Source: Octopus sinensis (taxonomy: Eukaryota). Taken from it: DNA of 64,000 nt. Positions within the stretch are counted from its first letter, which is position 1. Every line of letters starts with the position of its first letter. Made by a program: the position numbers and the translations under genes. Below, piece after piece: positions 1 to 13,044 of this stretch. The stretch is taken from the NCBI RefSeq assembly GCF_006345805.1, contig NC_043003.1:32240001-32304000 (forward strand), written 5' to 3'. The notes under the pieces are model-generated. The model was not told the DNA's origin, did not search any database, and worked only from the letters and a program-made list of their open reading frames with translations.

Positions 1-307
1 CAGCAAACTCATTGTGGCAGTCATGTTTAAAACCTTCTGAAGAATGTAAGAGAAGGAAAGGCAAGAGTAAGCCTAAAAGAGGTCGGGGTGAAGAACCCAG
101 ACCGAAACAGTAGAGACCATAAAGAGAGAGGGAAGAATTATAAGTAAGTCGCATGGAGAGAGAAGAAATATTCAATTACAGTAAAAAGAAGAGAGAAAGT
201 TAAAGACGGACAGAGTGAAAGAATGAAGGGAGAGAATGACGTAGAAAGTTTAAGCAACAGAGGGTGACGTTGACAGGTGGGCGAAAATCTAAAAATACTT
301 AAAGACT

Positions 308-624
308 CCGCCGGTTACGACGACGAGGGTCCCAGCTGATACGATCAACGGAACAGCTTGCTCGTGAAATTAACGTGCAAATGGCTGAGCATTCCACAGA
401 CACGTGTACCCTTAACGTAGTTCTCGGGGATAATCAGCGTGACACAGAGAGTGACAAGGCTGACCCTTTGAAATACAAGTACAACTCATTTTTGCCAGCT
501 GAGTGGACTGGAGCAACGGGAAATAAAGTGTCTTGCTCAAGGACACAACGCGTCGCCGGGAATCGAACTCACAACCTTACGATCATGAGACGAATGCCCT
601 AACCACTAAACCACGCGCCCTCAC
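308..624 (-). mobile_element. tRNA-derived SINE (CORE-like)
   Basis: Minus strand reads TGGTTTAGTGG (A box), GAGTTCGATTCC (B box), then GTGTCCTTGAGCAAGACACTT, a CORE-type motif. Confidence 0.8.
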
Positions 625-926
625 CTCTAAAAATACTATATGTACTGCGAATATTCAAGAAAAATCAAGAATGGAAATGATTAGCAGAAAAAAAACAAAG
701 GACGAACAAACGTGGAAACCCTCTTACCAGTCATGTAGACTAGACTACTAGGTCAATTTCGGTGGTTTTTTTAATTTGGAGGCTTTAACTTCTTTGGTAC
801 TACTCGTCTACTTGCATGAGAGGTATAAAAACCGTCACTGAAATGATGAACCAACGTGAGCTGGAAATTAAGGACCAGAACGTAGGAGTCTGTATGTGTG
901 TGTGTGTATAAATGAATCTGTGTATA

Positions 927-1179
927 CAGTAATCCCTCTCCATATCGCAGCTCATCTATCGTGCACTCAGTACATCGCAGTTCACTTATCACGCACTCAG
1001 TACATCCCGGTTCACCTATCACGCACACAGTAAATCGCGGTTTTTCTGGCTAATATATGTAAATCTATATCGTGGACATCTTAGTATATCCGGGTTTCTA
1101 CGGCCGATAGATATTTATATTTCTTTAGGTTTTAATTATCTCTTTACGTGGTTTTGAAGCGATAGTCGAGGGTTTACTG
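927..1179. mobile_element. Tc1/pogo(Tigger)-like MITE
   Basis: Imperfect TIRs CAGTAATCCCTC..ATATCGC / GCGATAGTCGAGGGTTTACTG, TA on both flanks, and three internal ~30-bp tandem units (946-1040). Confidence 0.75.
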
Positions 1180-1851
1180 TATATATATTACACAATTAAC
1201 TCCGTATATACACATAAGTACACATCTATTATATAAGTATACGTATGTAGGTGTGATCGTGTGAATGTGCGCTCATGCATGCGATCGTGTGTGTATGGGA
1301 GAGAGAGAGCGAGAGAGCGCGCGCGTGAGGGATAGGGTGAGAAAAGAGAGAGAAGGAAAGAGAGAAAAATCGTGTATGTGTATATGAATGTATGAGGAAA
1401 TTGATTAAGATCTGCATCACTTAAACGTTTACAATAACATAACTTCGAACATTTGCAACAGCCTTTTTTTTCCCCCTTTAACGACAAAATTATTTACAAG
1501 TGCAGAAATGAATTATTTATAATGCTTTTTCAGCTCATGTTAGCCAGCGGTGTACATTTAATATTAAAACTTCAATTTTCTTAAACACATATAGTTTATA
1601 TATCGTTTCATCTAGAGAATAGTATTATCTATCCAGGTAACCAGTTTCCGCTTGAAATGGTATATAAATCATAGAAAGGCAAACTTTATGAATAACTCAT
1701 GTAATTTTGCATCTTATGATGCATATAAAGCTTTACTGACATTGGTAAACTTTTTTAATTATATATATGTGAGTACATATATGTACGCACATATAGTTTT
1801 AGTTGAATAAACACAAGATATATATATATATACATACCCACACACATATAT

Positions 1852-2348
<497 letters not shown>

Positions 2349-2349
2349 A

Positions 2350-2619
2350 CATGGGTGGTTCTTTCAACATCTTTAAACAACCCTTATTCAGGGACCATTT
2401 GAGCGGGATGGGCTACTCGACCTGAAGAAAATTCTAACTGGGCCCCACCTTCAAGGTCATGCGCTGTTTACCTTGATATGAGATCACCATGTCGCGCACA
2501 CATGGTTGTGATGCATGTGTCTGGTGTAACCTTATCAGACGGGTAGTCATGATGGGTATATTGGGCTTCGTATATTTTACCCCAGTGTCAATTTGATGGC
2601 ATGAACTGCTCTCTCACTC

Positions 2620-2651
<32 letters not shown>
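2350..2651 (+). mobile_element. 3' end of a (TAA)n-tailed non-LTR retroelement (5'-truncated)
   Basis: Non-coding ~270 bp ending CTCTCTCACTC-(AAT)n; family not assignable from sequence alone. Confidence 0.5.
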
Positions 2652-5268
2652 GGTATGTACCATCAAAAGAAGAAGTGCAGGGATTTTGGAATAAAATTTG
2701 GGCAGAAGAAAAAACACACAACGAAAAGGCCCCCTGGATTGATAGAATATCTACAGAACTGGACTCCTTAGAAGAGCAAAAGTGGGAGGGTGTCAAGGTA
2801 GAAGATATAAGATCTACTCTCAGGAGGTCAAGCAAATGGAAGTCTCTAGGAAAGGATAAAATTCCTAACTTCTGGCTGAATGCCTTCCCAGAGAGCCATG
2901 AACTGCTAACAGAACTGTACAATGATGTTTTGCAACACCCTAGTAGGATGCCCTCCTTGGCTAGTTAATGGGTTAATATTCCTGCTTCCAAAAAGTGAAG
3001 AAACAAATGAACCAAAAAACTATAGACCCATAACCTGCTTAAAAAACTATGTATAAAACGCTAACATCTGTCCTGACGGAATATACTTATAGTTTTTTAA
3101 CAGACAGCAGCATATTCCCTAATGAACAGAAAGGATGTAAACGTGGATCCTACAGCTGTAAAGATCAACTACTCATCAATAAGATGATCATAGAAGATTG
3201 TCACAAACGACACAAAAACTTATCAATAGCCTGGATAGACTATAAAAAGGCTTTTGATAGCCTACCACATAGCTGGATTAGGAAATGCCTGGAAATGTAT
3301 AAGATAGCACCTACTCTGCGAAACTTTTTGACTGTAAGTATGAGATCATGGAGAACCACACTAACTTTGAACAGTGACAATGAATCCCTAAATGCTGGTG
3401 ATGTAAACATTTCATGTGACATTTTCCAGGGTGACTCACTGTCACCACTCCTCTTTTGTTTAGCCTTAATACCTCTCTCAAAACTGCTCAATGACTCGCA
3501 GTACGGGTATAAATGTTTGATAAAAATATAAATCATCTCATTTACATGGATGATTTAAAGCTTTTTGCAAATAATGACCAACAACTCAAGGGCTTACTAG
3601 CGATAGTCAAACAATTCAGTGACGACATCAGAATGCAATTCGGCCTCGATAAATGTGCAAAAGCTACCTTTATCAAAGGAAAAATGACAGAAACATCTAA
3701 CGTTAACCTTGACCAGCAGAATGTCATAAAAGAACTAGACCCAGCGGAGAGCTACAAGTACCTTGGGGTAATCGAATGGAACGGAATAAGGCATTCAGAG
3801 ATGAAGGAAAGGATCAGGAGAGAATGTTATCGAAGGTGAGAGCAATACTCAAGACAGAGCTGAATGCAAGAAACGGGATCGAAGCGATCAATGCATTAGC
3901 CATACTAGTCGTGACTTACAGTTTCAATATCGTTAACTGGTCAATTACTGAAATATGTCAGCTCGACAGAAAAATACGAAAACTGTTGACAATGCATAGA
4001 ATGCACCACCCTAAGGCAGATACAGAACGAATTTATCTGCCAAGTAAAGAGGGAGGCCGTGGTCTTTTACAACTGGCAATAACAATGAAGATTGCTACAA
4101 TTGGCCTAGACACCTACCTGAAAAAGTCTGAGGACTGGATGTTAAAACTTCTCTCAAAACATGAAAACAAGAAAGCATCATACTCAGTAACAAAACAGGC
4201 AAAGGAATATCTAAGTGAATTCCGAATACAACAAATTTCGGAATTAGAGATAGACATACAAGAAACAAGCACAGAAAAAGCTAGGCGCCTGAAAACCCGA
4301 GCCAAAACTGCGGCCTTAGATAAATGGCAAGAAAAACCTCTCTATGGCAAATACCCAAAGAGAGCGAATAATGCAGATATTGACAAAGCCCTGACCCATC
4401 AATGGCTAATGGCCTCTGGCTTAAAATCTGAAACAGAGGGGTTTATCATAGCAGCTCAAGATCAATGCCTACCAACAAGAAACTACCAGGCCAACATACT
4501 AAAGAACGGCAGTAGCCCAACATGTCGTGTATGCCGACAACAAAATGAAACCATTGATCATGTTGTCTCCAAATGCAGTCTTCTAGCGCCTACAGAGTAC
4601 CTCAACAGGCATGATAGAGCTGCACAATATATTCACTGGGTAATTTGCAAAAACCTGGATTTGCCCCATGAAAAAAACTGGTGGGAACACATCCCACCTC
4701 CAGTGCTTGAAAATGGCCACATCTCACTCCTCTGGAACTTCACTATTCAAACTGACAGAAAGATAGATGCAAATAGGCGAGACATCATATTGAAAGACTT
4801 CAGATAAGGAACATGCCTCCTCATTGATATGACTGTCCCAATCGATATAAACGTATCTGTCAAGACCTACCAAAAACTGAGCAAATATAAAGATCTTGAA
4901 ATAGAAATCAGCAAAATGTGGAACCTGAAGACTAAAACAATACCTGTTGTCATAGGTGCCCTGGGAATGATAGCGAAAGGGGCTGATTGCTACCTAACTC
5001 AGATACCAGGAAACCCCAAAATAGCAGAAATTCAAAATGGGAATTGCTCATATCCTACGCAAAATACTCTCTATGTAATCCCAAGGTTTAAAACAAACTT
5101 TTTTTTTACTTTATGTATTAGACATTCACTAGTACAACACCAAAAAAAAAACAAATATATGGCACAGTAGGCATAACAACAACGTGAACTTCCAACCTGT
5201 TGTCTCTTGAGGTCTCTGGGTGAGACTTGGAGCCAACTTGTACAGACATAAAGCAAAAGTCAAACATA

Positions 5269-5345
<77 letters not shown>
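2652..5345 (+). mobile_element. R4/Dong-clade non-LTR retrotransposon, 5'-truncated, frameshifted RT + zinc knuckle + RLE endonuclease
   Basis: Motifs YRPITCL, EQKGC, WIDYKKAFDS, IFQGDSLSPLLFC, YMDDLKL, YKYLG, GGRGL, QDQ, CRVC..ETIDHVVSKC, RHD, ANR(R)DII, KYKDL, VIGALG; (TAA)n on both sides, matching Dong target preference. Confidence 0.93.
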
Positions 5346-5351
<6 letters not shown>

Positions 5352-5399
5352 TAATATTATAATAATAAAAAAATAACAATCTAGTATATCCAGCCAGTT

Positions 5400-5795
5400 T
5401 GAGGAAAGGATAAGACAATAACATCGACCTTAGTGCTCAACTGGTACCAAATTTCTAGAGCTCGAAAGGATGAAAGGCAAAGCTGATCTAGGCGGATAGT
5501 GAACTCAGAAATTAAAATCCGATGAAATGCCGCTAAGCATATTGCCCGGCGATCTAACGATTCTGCCAGCTCGCCACCTTAATAATAATAATCTTTGTAC
5601 CATAGGCACAGGGCCTGAAATTTGGGGGAGGGGTATAGTCGATACATTGGCCTCAGTGTTTCACTGGTACTTAATTTATCGACTCCAAAAGAATGAGAGA
5701 CAAAGTCGACCACGGTGGAATTTGAACTCAGAACTTAGCTACAGGCGAAATACTTAGTCCAGTGTGATAACGATTCTGCCAGCTAGCCGCCTTCT
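5400..5795 (-). mobile_element. Two degenerate SINE copies (Nin/Deu-like body)
   Basis: Reverse complement of GGCGAGCTGGCAGAATCGTTA...TTCTGAGTTC...TTTGCCTTTCATCCTTTCG occurs twice. Confidence 0.75.
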
Positions 5796-5799
5796 TCAT

Positions 5800-8257
5800 A
5801 ATAATAATTATTATCATCATTTCTTTCATTAGACACAAGGGAAAACATAAAATAACATTAAAGGACATGCAACAACTTAAAAAACAACACAAAACGAAAC
5901 AAATGGTATTTATTGATCCTCGTGGAAAACCCCACAAAAGCCATGAGTGCCTAATAAACAGGACAAGAGCTCTTCTCTTTTAATTTTTTACAGGTGTAGG
6001 CTCAGAATTGGGCCTTTCATACTGACCTAAAGGTGGAGAAAAACTGGGACGACGTGACGAGCATGGTAGCTAATCTCACCCATAAATAGGCCGAAAGAAA
6101 GCTGCCCCTGAAAAGTCGCGCGGCGGTGGTGAATGCGTACATCCGCCATCTCTTACCGCTTGACCGTCGTTCCTTGTCTTGTTTGCTGGTTAACCAAGCT
6201 GGTGCGTTTATTCTTCCGCTTTCTGTGGAAGGGGCGCGTTCCATTGGTCAGGTGCTTCATCTGCTGTCAACAGCCGCTGAATGGAGAGTTGGGTATGCCG
6301 TGGTTGCCGTCAAGTACTCATAGCCCCAACCAGGCGGGCAATACAGTCGGTGGTAGTCCACTCTAGCGTTCTATAGAGGGATAATGACAAAGTCTGTCAT
6401 TGTGGTGTGTGTATTGTCTATTCAGTACGTAATTAGGTCTATATTTTCCTGTATTTATGGCTGTGAGTTTTGTCATGTTTGTAGAATCTGTTTTTGTTGG
6501 TGTTGGTGTTTGAGGTGGTAGTGCTGTTGGAGGTGTTGTTGTTGTTGTTGTTTGTTGCTGTTGTGTGTGTTTGTGTGTGTTGTGGCCGCTGGGAAGTTCG
6601 TTTTTTGCGCCTCCTGCTCTTTTCTTCTACTGTCTCTGTAGCTTTTTTTTTCTTTTTTTTTTTTGGTGGGGGATTGTTTGCCACTCCCTTCTCTCAACGT
6701 CGAACAGTCCGACTTGTTTTGGATGGAAAGGGGGATTTTGTCTAGGATTTGATTTTGTGCTGCTGTAGTAGCTATTTTGGTTGTGTTACTGCTACTGTTA
6801 CTTCGGCTGGCGGTGGTGGTACTCGGACTGATCTCTTTGTTGTTGGTGTTGCTGGTGACCCGGCGACGGCTGGAAGCGGCGTTACTGTTGTTGCTGCTGC
6901 TGCTGGTGATCGTGTTAGTGTTTCCGTTGGTTTCTGCTTTTGCTGCTGTTGTTGTTGCTGCTTCTGTACTGGAGATGCCCCCGGTCCTGGTGTCGGTAGT
7001 AGCGGCCAACACACCTCCTTGTATTTGGGGCAGTCGACCTTCAAGTGCTGATCGTTTCCACAGAAGTAGCACCTTGGCCTCCTGCCCTCCACAGCCACGT
7101 GTCTTGTGCTGTCAGGTAAGTGTATCGAGTCAGGGAATGAATTTAAGCCTCTTGTTCAATTTGAGCAAGGACCTCGAATCCCTGATACGACCAATTTTGT
7201 TGGTCTAATTTATGCACCTCCAGTATTATGGCTGTGTCCTTTATATCTAAGAGGACAGTCGTCATCAACCAACATATATTTATTTCAGGAGGCACCTCCC
7301 CAATTTTAAGAGTGATGGGGTCCGGTGGGTCAGATTGTCTGGATTCACTAATGGCTGCTACACTAAAGGTGACCTTGTTTCCAAGACGACCCGAAGCCCC
7401 TGACATTTATGCAACCTATTCTAAGCATCACCATTTCAAAACCAAGTTATGTCGGCACGAGCAGTAATTCCTCCGTGTTTAGGGGTACAGTGGAATGCTG
7501 TCTTGCCTCCTACTCTGTTGAAAAACGCACTTCTACCGTACCGAAGCGCTCTCCTCTTACTACATAGATTTTGTTAGTCGAAACTGGCTTGAGGGCCATT
7601 TCCATCTGTTGTTGGGTGGCTCGTTCTACCTTTTTCTTCTTTATGCCTAAAACTCTGTATATTACTGATTTTCGATTCTTTTCTTTTATTAATTCCTGAT
7701 GGATGTTAAGGAAGACATTGTTCCCATCCGTCGTTAACAACCTCTTTTTTAAATATTTCATTTGTTGGTGAATTCAACATTTCTCTAGTTTGCTTTGCCG
7801 AAGAAGCGAAATTGTCGCCGCTTGGTTTGTCGTTGTTCTTGTCGTTTGACTTTTCTTTTTCTTTTGTGTTGTCTGTGTTCATGGCGGCGATGACGTTGGT
7901 GGTATTTTCATGATGTTTTGTTTTTCTTTTTCTGTGTTAATGGTGGTGCCTTTAGTGGTGTTGGTCCTGTTATTTGTGTTGTTCAGAGGGGGGAAATTCT
8001 CAAGGTATTGATCGTCAGAACAGCCAATGCCACTTCCCTCAACAAACGAAGCCGTCTTGTTTTTCGCTAGACGTAAAATAAAAATATTTGATAAGGAGAA
8101 AAATGTCAAAAATTCGCCCCTAAAAGGGGGATCTTTTACCAAAAGTACCCATTCTGCACATCAAAAACGGTTCAGAAAACAAAAAGAGTTAAACAAAACA
8201 GTCAACAATAACACACAAAAAAAATTCCAACTTATGGAGCGCTCACAACACGTCTAA
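5800..8257 (-). mobile_element. Tx1/L1-like element: degenerate ORF1 with CCHC knuckle, most of ORF2 absent
   Basis: ORF1 pieces 7761-7510, 7330-7143 and 7098-6772 (CYFCGNDQHLKVDCP = CX2CX4HX4C), then a Q/T/N-rich tail; T-rich 3' UTR ending in an (AAT)-like tail; 5' end TAGACGTGTT. Confidence 0.75.
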
Positions 8258-8283
8258 CCAAGGCGATAACAACAACAGCAGTA

Positions 8284-8401
8284 GTTGAGGCACTATGGCC
8301 CAGTGGTTAGTGTAGCGGTCTCGCAGTCGTAAGAACCCGGTTTCGATTCCCAGACCGGGCAGTGTGAGTGTTTATTGATCAAAAACACCTAAGCTCCACG
8401 A
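8284..8401 (+). mobile_element. tRNA-SINE 5' part
   Basis: TGGCCCAGTGG A box, GTTTCGATTCC B box, and AAACACCTAAGCTCCACG shared with the SINEs at 11473 and 12662. Confidence 0.7.
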
Positions 8402-8421
8402 GATAATAATAATAATAATAA

Positions 8422-8452
<31 letters not shown>

Positions 8453-8523
8453 AAGAAGAAGAAGAAGAAGAAGAAGAAGAAGAAGAAGAAGAAGAAGAAG
8501 AAGAAGAAGAAGAAGAAGAAGAA
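8402..8523. repeat. (ATA)n(AAG)n compound microsatellite
   Basis: Read directly. Confidence 0.98.
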
Positions 8524-8640
8524 GGTATCTGGGGAAATTTCCCTATAACACCTGATAAAGGCTGGAGGGTATATCATCCGAAACATTGTGTTAGCAACAA
8601 ACAAGAAGCGGACACAAATCCGTAAAATGTAAACAATGTG
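8524..8640 (+). mobile_element. PLE-type terminal fragment with degenerate hammerhead
   Basis: AACAC-CTGATAA-A-GGCTG..CATCC-GAAA-CA-TT-GTGTT: stem I intact, core G8 mutated. Confidence 0.6.
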
Positions 8641-8827
8641 CAAAGTATCATCTTGCAAAATTCCACTCTGAGATGTGAAGTTAGAGGAATAATTTCGATT
8701 AACAAAGACATATGTTGTTTGATGTTCATAAAGACATCTAACTACCGATGTTATCTTCGATTGTATCCTTGCTCTTTCAAGATTCGTAAACACAGGGTTT
8801 CTGTTGACGCTTCAATCATTCGTTCAT

Positions 8828-10027
8828 TCATTGTTCGACCGTGGTCGAGACAATGGAATTTACCATGTTGCGCCAGACTTCACGGTCCATCATAGCATTA
8901 CGGAGGTCCTGTTGCTGGATGCCTGTATCCCTGGAGATTACATCAGGGTAGGAGAGTGTGCGCCCTCTGGTGTTGCGAGTAGATGGTTTCCAAAGGAGAA
9001 GAGTAGAAATTACTTCTTTTTCAGCTCTACAACAATGTCCAGCAAACTGGACTCTCCTACCTTTCACAAGAGATGACACAGGTGGTAATTTCCCATATAT
9101 TTGCATTTTAGTTGGATGGCGCCTCCACGAGAGATTTTGAGCTCTCATAAGGAGGCGAGTGTAGGTTCCATCCAACCGCCTCTCAAGCTTCTTTGATAAC
9201 GTCCAGGTTTCTGAGCCATATAGTAGGATTGGTTCGACTGTGGCTTTGAATATTTCAAGTTTGAAGTCTCTACTTAGATTTGATGACCAGATCTTATGCA
9301 TGTCATTACAGGCTGACCAGGCCATACCCTTTCTAGTTAGAAAGTCTTTTCCAGATGATGATATGTATGACCCAAGATATTTATAATCAGAAACCATATT
9401 TAAAGGTGCACTGTTGAGAGTGTGGATGATGCAATCACTGTTGGACAGGCACTTGTTTATGTATTCAGTTTTGGCCTCATTGAGGTAAAGACCTACACAA
9501 TTTGAGGCTTGTTCAAGAGATTGTAAAAGAGACTGGGCATTGGAGAGAGAATCACTGATAAGAGCAATGTCGTCAGCAAAGTCAGTGTCTGTCAAGTACT
9601 CAGCTGGGTGTCTGGAACTTCTTCTTGGTTTTATTTCAAAGCCCTTGCCAGAGATGGTATCAACTGACATACGTAGCACATAATCAACAACAATGATGAA
9701 AAGAAATGGGGCGAGTGTGTCTCCCTGCAGTATTCCGGCCACGATCGAGAAAGATGATGTTTCTCCATCAGGGGTTAAGATGGTTGAAGACGTATCTGTG
9801 TAGAAGACCTTGATGGCAGAAATAATTTTGTCTGGTATCCCATAGAGCTTAAGGATTTCAAACATCTTGTACCTATCTACAGAATCGAACGCTTTAGAAA
9901 AGTCTACAAATACCATTGCAAGATCGCGATTAAATGCTTTTGATTCTTCAATAAGTCTGCGCAGGCATAGTATCTGGCTCAGCGTTGAGCGCCCATGTCT
10001 GAATCCATTTTGGTTCTTTCGGAGCAA
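8828..10027 (-). CDS. Reverse transcriptase C-terminal half of a young 5'-truncated RTE-clade LINE (element 8816-10034)
   Basis: Uninterrupted 399 aa with QNGFR, FVDFSKAFDSV, GILQGDTLAPFLF, FADDIAL, YKYLGS, LLYGSETW; GAAT-type tail; 9-bp TSD ACGCTTCAA at 8807-8815 and 10035-10043. Confidence 0.92.
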   Translation of the reverse strand: MLRKNQNGFRHGRSTLSQILCLRRLIEESKAFNRDLAMVFVDFSKAFDSVDRYKMFEILKLYGIPDKIISAIKVFYTDTSSTILTPDGETSSFSIVAGILQGDTLAPFLFIIVVDYVLRMSVDTISGKGFEIKPRRSSRHPAEYLTDTDFADDIALISDSLSNAQSLLQSLEQASNCVGLYLNEAKTEYINKCLSNSDCIIHTLNSAPLNMVSDYKYLGSYISSSGKDFLTRKGMAWSACNDMHKIWSSNLSRDFKLEIFKATVEPILLYGSETWTLSKKLERRLDGTYTRLLMRAQNLSWRRHPTKMQIYGKLPPVSSLVKGRRVQFAGHCCRAEKEVISTLLLWKPSTRNTRGRTLSYPDVISRDTGIQQQDLRNAMMDREVWRNMVNSIVSTTVEQ

Positions 10028-11472
10028 AGGTTCAACGCTTCAAAGTCTATGAACAGCGCAACTATTGGGAGACACTGCTCAAAGCCGGTCTCCAATATTC
10101 TCTTCAACGTTTGAATTTTGTTCACTACAGCTACAGTTTTTTTCTAAAGCCACTCTAGTAGACATTTATATCTTTATCTATATCGGCGATTGAACAGAAG
10201 CCTATCAAAGAGCTTTGCGTCGTGATTCATGAGATTTATTCCCCGATACATGGAAGTCTGTCGTAGATCACATTTCTTTGATAGTGGTACTATGATTGAT
10301 GACCTCAATTTACTAGGCGGTGCACTTGTTAATAGTGCCTTATTGCATATGTCAACGAATGCTGCTTGGAGTTCTCCTCCATACTTGAGCGATTCGTTTA
10401 TTAGACAGCTTTTCAGCAGCTGTTTTGTCATTTGATAAATCCTTGAGTACGACAAGCAGATGTGACATCTCGAAATGTTCGGTGGACACTTCTTGTGCAT
10501 TGTTATACCATAAGAAGCAGTGTGATATTTCTTCGGCTTGTGTTCTCTTACTAATTACTTTGCAGCGTATTTGTTTCATGCTTCAAGCTTATACTTCTCG
10601 TAATTGATGGGATTTCCATGCTCATTACAAACTTGTTGAATACTTTGCTGTCGGTTTCCTTTCTTCAGCATCTTTACCACTCTATAAGCCTTTTGTGTGG
10701 GCGGGTTATGCTAAAGGATTCAATTTTCTTGCAGATACTTATCGTGTGTCATTATCTGCCTTGCTTATAACATTCATTAACTAAATGATCACATTGTTAA
10801 CGTCTCTTTGAAATCCACTCTCTTTGAGGTATTATTGCTATTGTCAATCAGTTTCAATGTGGCTTTTGGGATGGCTGACGTTAAGATATTGTTCATTTCG
10901 TCGGCGCTTATATCATTATTGCTAACGAGATTATCAGACTGAGCAACGTTTAGGTTGATTTGGGAATATTTGTTCTTTTCTCAATGTCAATTGGTAGTAT
11001 AATCCAGCTAAAAGTCGTACGCCTCTTGAATGTTGGTGATTATCATACTAAATTGCAGTCGGAAGTGGCTGGAAAAACAATTCTAGGATCAGAATTTGGC
11101 TCCACTGTTGAGTAGGCACGACAGTTACTGAACGAGGTCATCCACTTCGCCGTCAGAGCAATATGCTCTAATTCCCTTTTATACCCATTGGGATGCATTC
11201 AGGTCCCGTTTCTGTTGTTCTTGTACCTGAAATAGGATTGCATGTCCTTCTGGCTGCTGGATGAACAGAAGTTAGCATATATGCTCCCATTATCAATTGA
11301 GACCTCGTGATATGTGTATTTTCGACTGCTAAACATTGACTATCGTACCAATCTGTGTATTCATATCCCCGAGGAAGAGTACTATGACATGATTAGGGCA
11401 AGTAACTCTTGTACTCCTCTGCAATCAGGTCGTACAGCCGGTCTTTATCTTCAGCATCTGCAATTTCTGTTG

Positions 11473-11783
11473 GTGGAGGCACATGGCCTAGTGGTTAGAG
11501 CAACGGACTCACGGCCAAGGGGTTGCGTGTTCGAATCTCAGACCGGGTGTTGTGTGTGTTTATGAACGAAACACCTAAGCTCCACACGGCTCCAGCAGAA
11601 GGTAACGGCGAACTTCTGCTGACTCTTTCGCCACAACTTTATATCAATCTTTCCTCCTGCATCTAGCAACTCATCTGCGACGGACCGGCGTCCCGTGCAG
11701 GTGGGAAACCAATACGCCAATGAAACCGGGAAACCGGCCCTCATGAGCCAGGCATGGCTCAAGAAGGAACAAACAACAAAAAA
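11473..11783 (+). mobile_element. Full-length tRNA-derived SINE
   Basis: TGGCCTAGTGG and GTTCGAATC boxes, (ACAA) tail, flanking repeat TTCTGTTGG. Confidence 0.85.
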
Positions 11784-12661
11784 TTCTGTTGGCGCGTAGC
11801 TTCCACATTTGCAATCACAGATTTCCTTGAATAATTACCTAAATAGTTCGACCACTATAGTTCTTAACTGATGATATGAAGTTATAAAGGTGCTTATGGA
11901 CAAGAATTCCATTTCAACCATTACCCCTTGCATCTGCATTAGAATAACACAGCACACATGTTCCATCCTTAGTGTCTGAGTGTATATAGTGTTTAAGTCT
12001 TCTTATATATACACATGCACACTCACGTACACGCACTCGCGCGCGCGCACACTCACACACATATAGATATATACATGCATGTTTGTGTATATGTGTGTGC
12101 ATATGTGTTTATTTATATATAATCTATTCATTGATATACGTTTCCGTTTTTCGTCAACCGACATCGGAAGTTTATTATAACTACCTGCATACTACAAATG
12201 TTGTTCAAAATTTGCCATTACAATTTTTTCTATAGACGTATTTCCTTGTTTAGAAATCACTTCTTATTTTGATAACATAAGATAATTTGCATATTCTCTT
12301 AGACTCAAGTATATTGAATTAATCCAATGTTTAACAAGCAAAATATCTTTTAACGATAGTTCATTCAGATTTGTCACATACGCAGCGCTCAGATTACATA
12401 CTTTTTAAAGCCAGTATCTGATTACTTCAATTTAGCTGTCCTTATAAAATAGCAGTCAATTTTAATTATGATTTCTATTGGAGGGGAACATTTTTCCTGT
12501 TACTCATCGTTTTAGGAAATATGTCACGTGTGTATCGTATTTGCTGTTCCCTTTCTACTTTTTATTTATGCCTTCATCAGTATTTGTATTTTGCTTCTTT
12601 CTCTGGTATTTTCTTTTCTTGTTCAACGCATAACTTGTTGAATTCTACTAATTAACCTGTG

Positions 12662-12938
12662 TGTGGAGGCACATGGCCTCGCGGTCGAGGAATCGCAGGT
12701 TCGAATCTCAGACCGGACGATGTGTGTGTTTATGTGAGAATTACCTAAGCTCCACCCGGCTACGGCAGCAGGTAATGGCGAAACTTCTGCTGACTCTTTC
12801 GCCACAACTTGCTCTCACTCTTTCATGTTGCAGCTCACCTGCGACGGATCAGCGTCCCGTCCAGGTGGGGAACCTATACGCTAATGAAACCGGGAAACCG
12901 GCCTTATGAGCCAGGCATGGCTCGAAAAGGAACAAACA
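12662..12938 (+). mobile_element. tRNA-derived SINE, same family as 11473
   Basis: Alignable over its whole length, with a deletion after the A box; TSD AATTAACCTGTGTGT. Confidence 0.85.
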
Positions 12939-13044
12939 ATTAACCTGTGTGTACTTTTTGTGCTGAATATGAAGCTCTAATTTTACGCTGTGGAATATCA
13001 TTTGCGATATTACTTTCGTTTTGATTTCGAGAAGTTTACTGTGG

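Larger units (their letters stand above)
8641..11990 (-). mobile_element. Old degenerate RTE-like LINE (APE + RT), interrupted by a younger LINE and a SINE
   Basis: APE motifs YAPTE (~11800) and HPNGYKRELEHI..KW..NCRAYS..SDPRIV (11200-11075); RT motifs YRGINL, SGFRK, LFIDF, then GILQDDTL at ~8650 after the insertion. Confidence 0.75.

Noticed and set aside
946-1040. 30-bp periodic repeats resembling a CRISPR array
   Set aside because: Contiguous degenerate units with no unique spacers, inside a eukaryotic MITE; no cas genes.
11473-11550. tRNA-like sequences with A/B boxes (also ~550-620, 8290, 46625)
   Set aside because: These are SINE heads followed by SINE bodies, some with TSDs; no complete cloverleaf, so not called tRNA genes.
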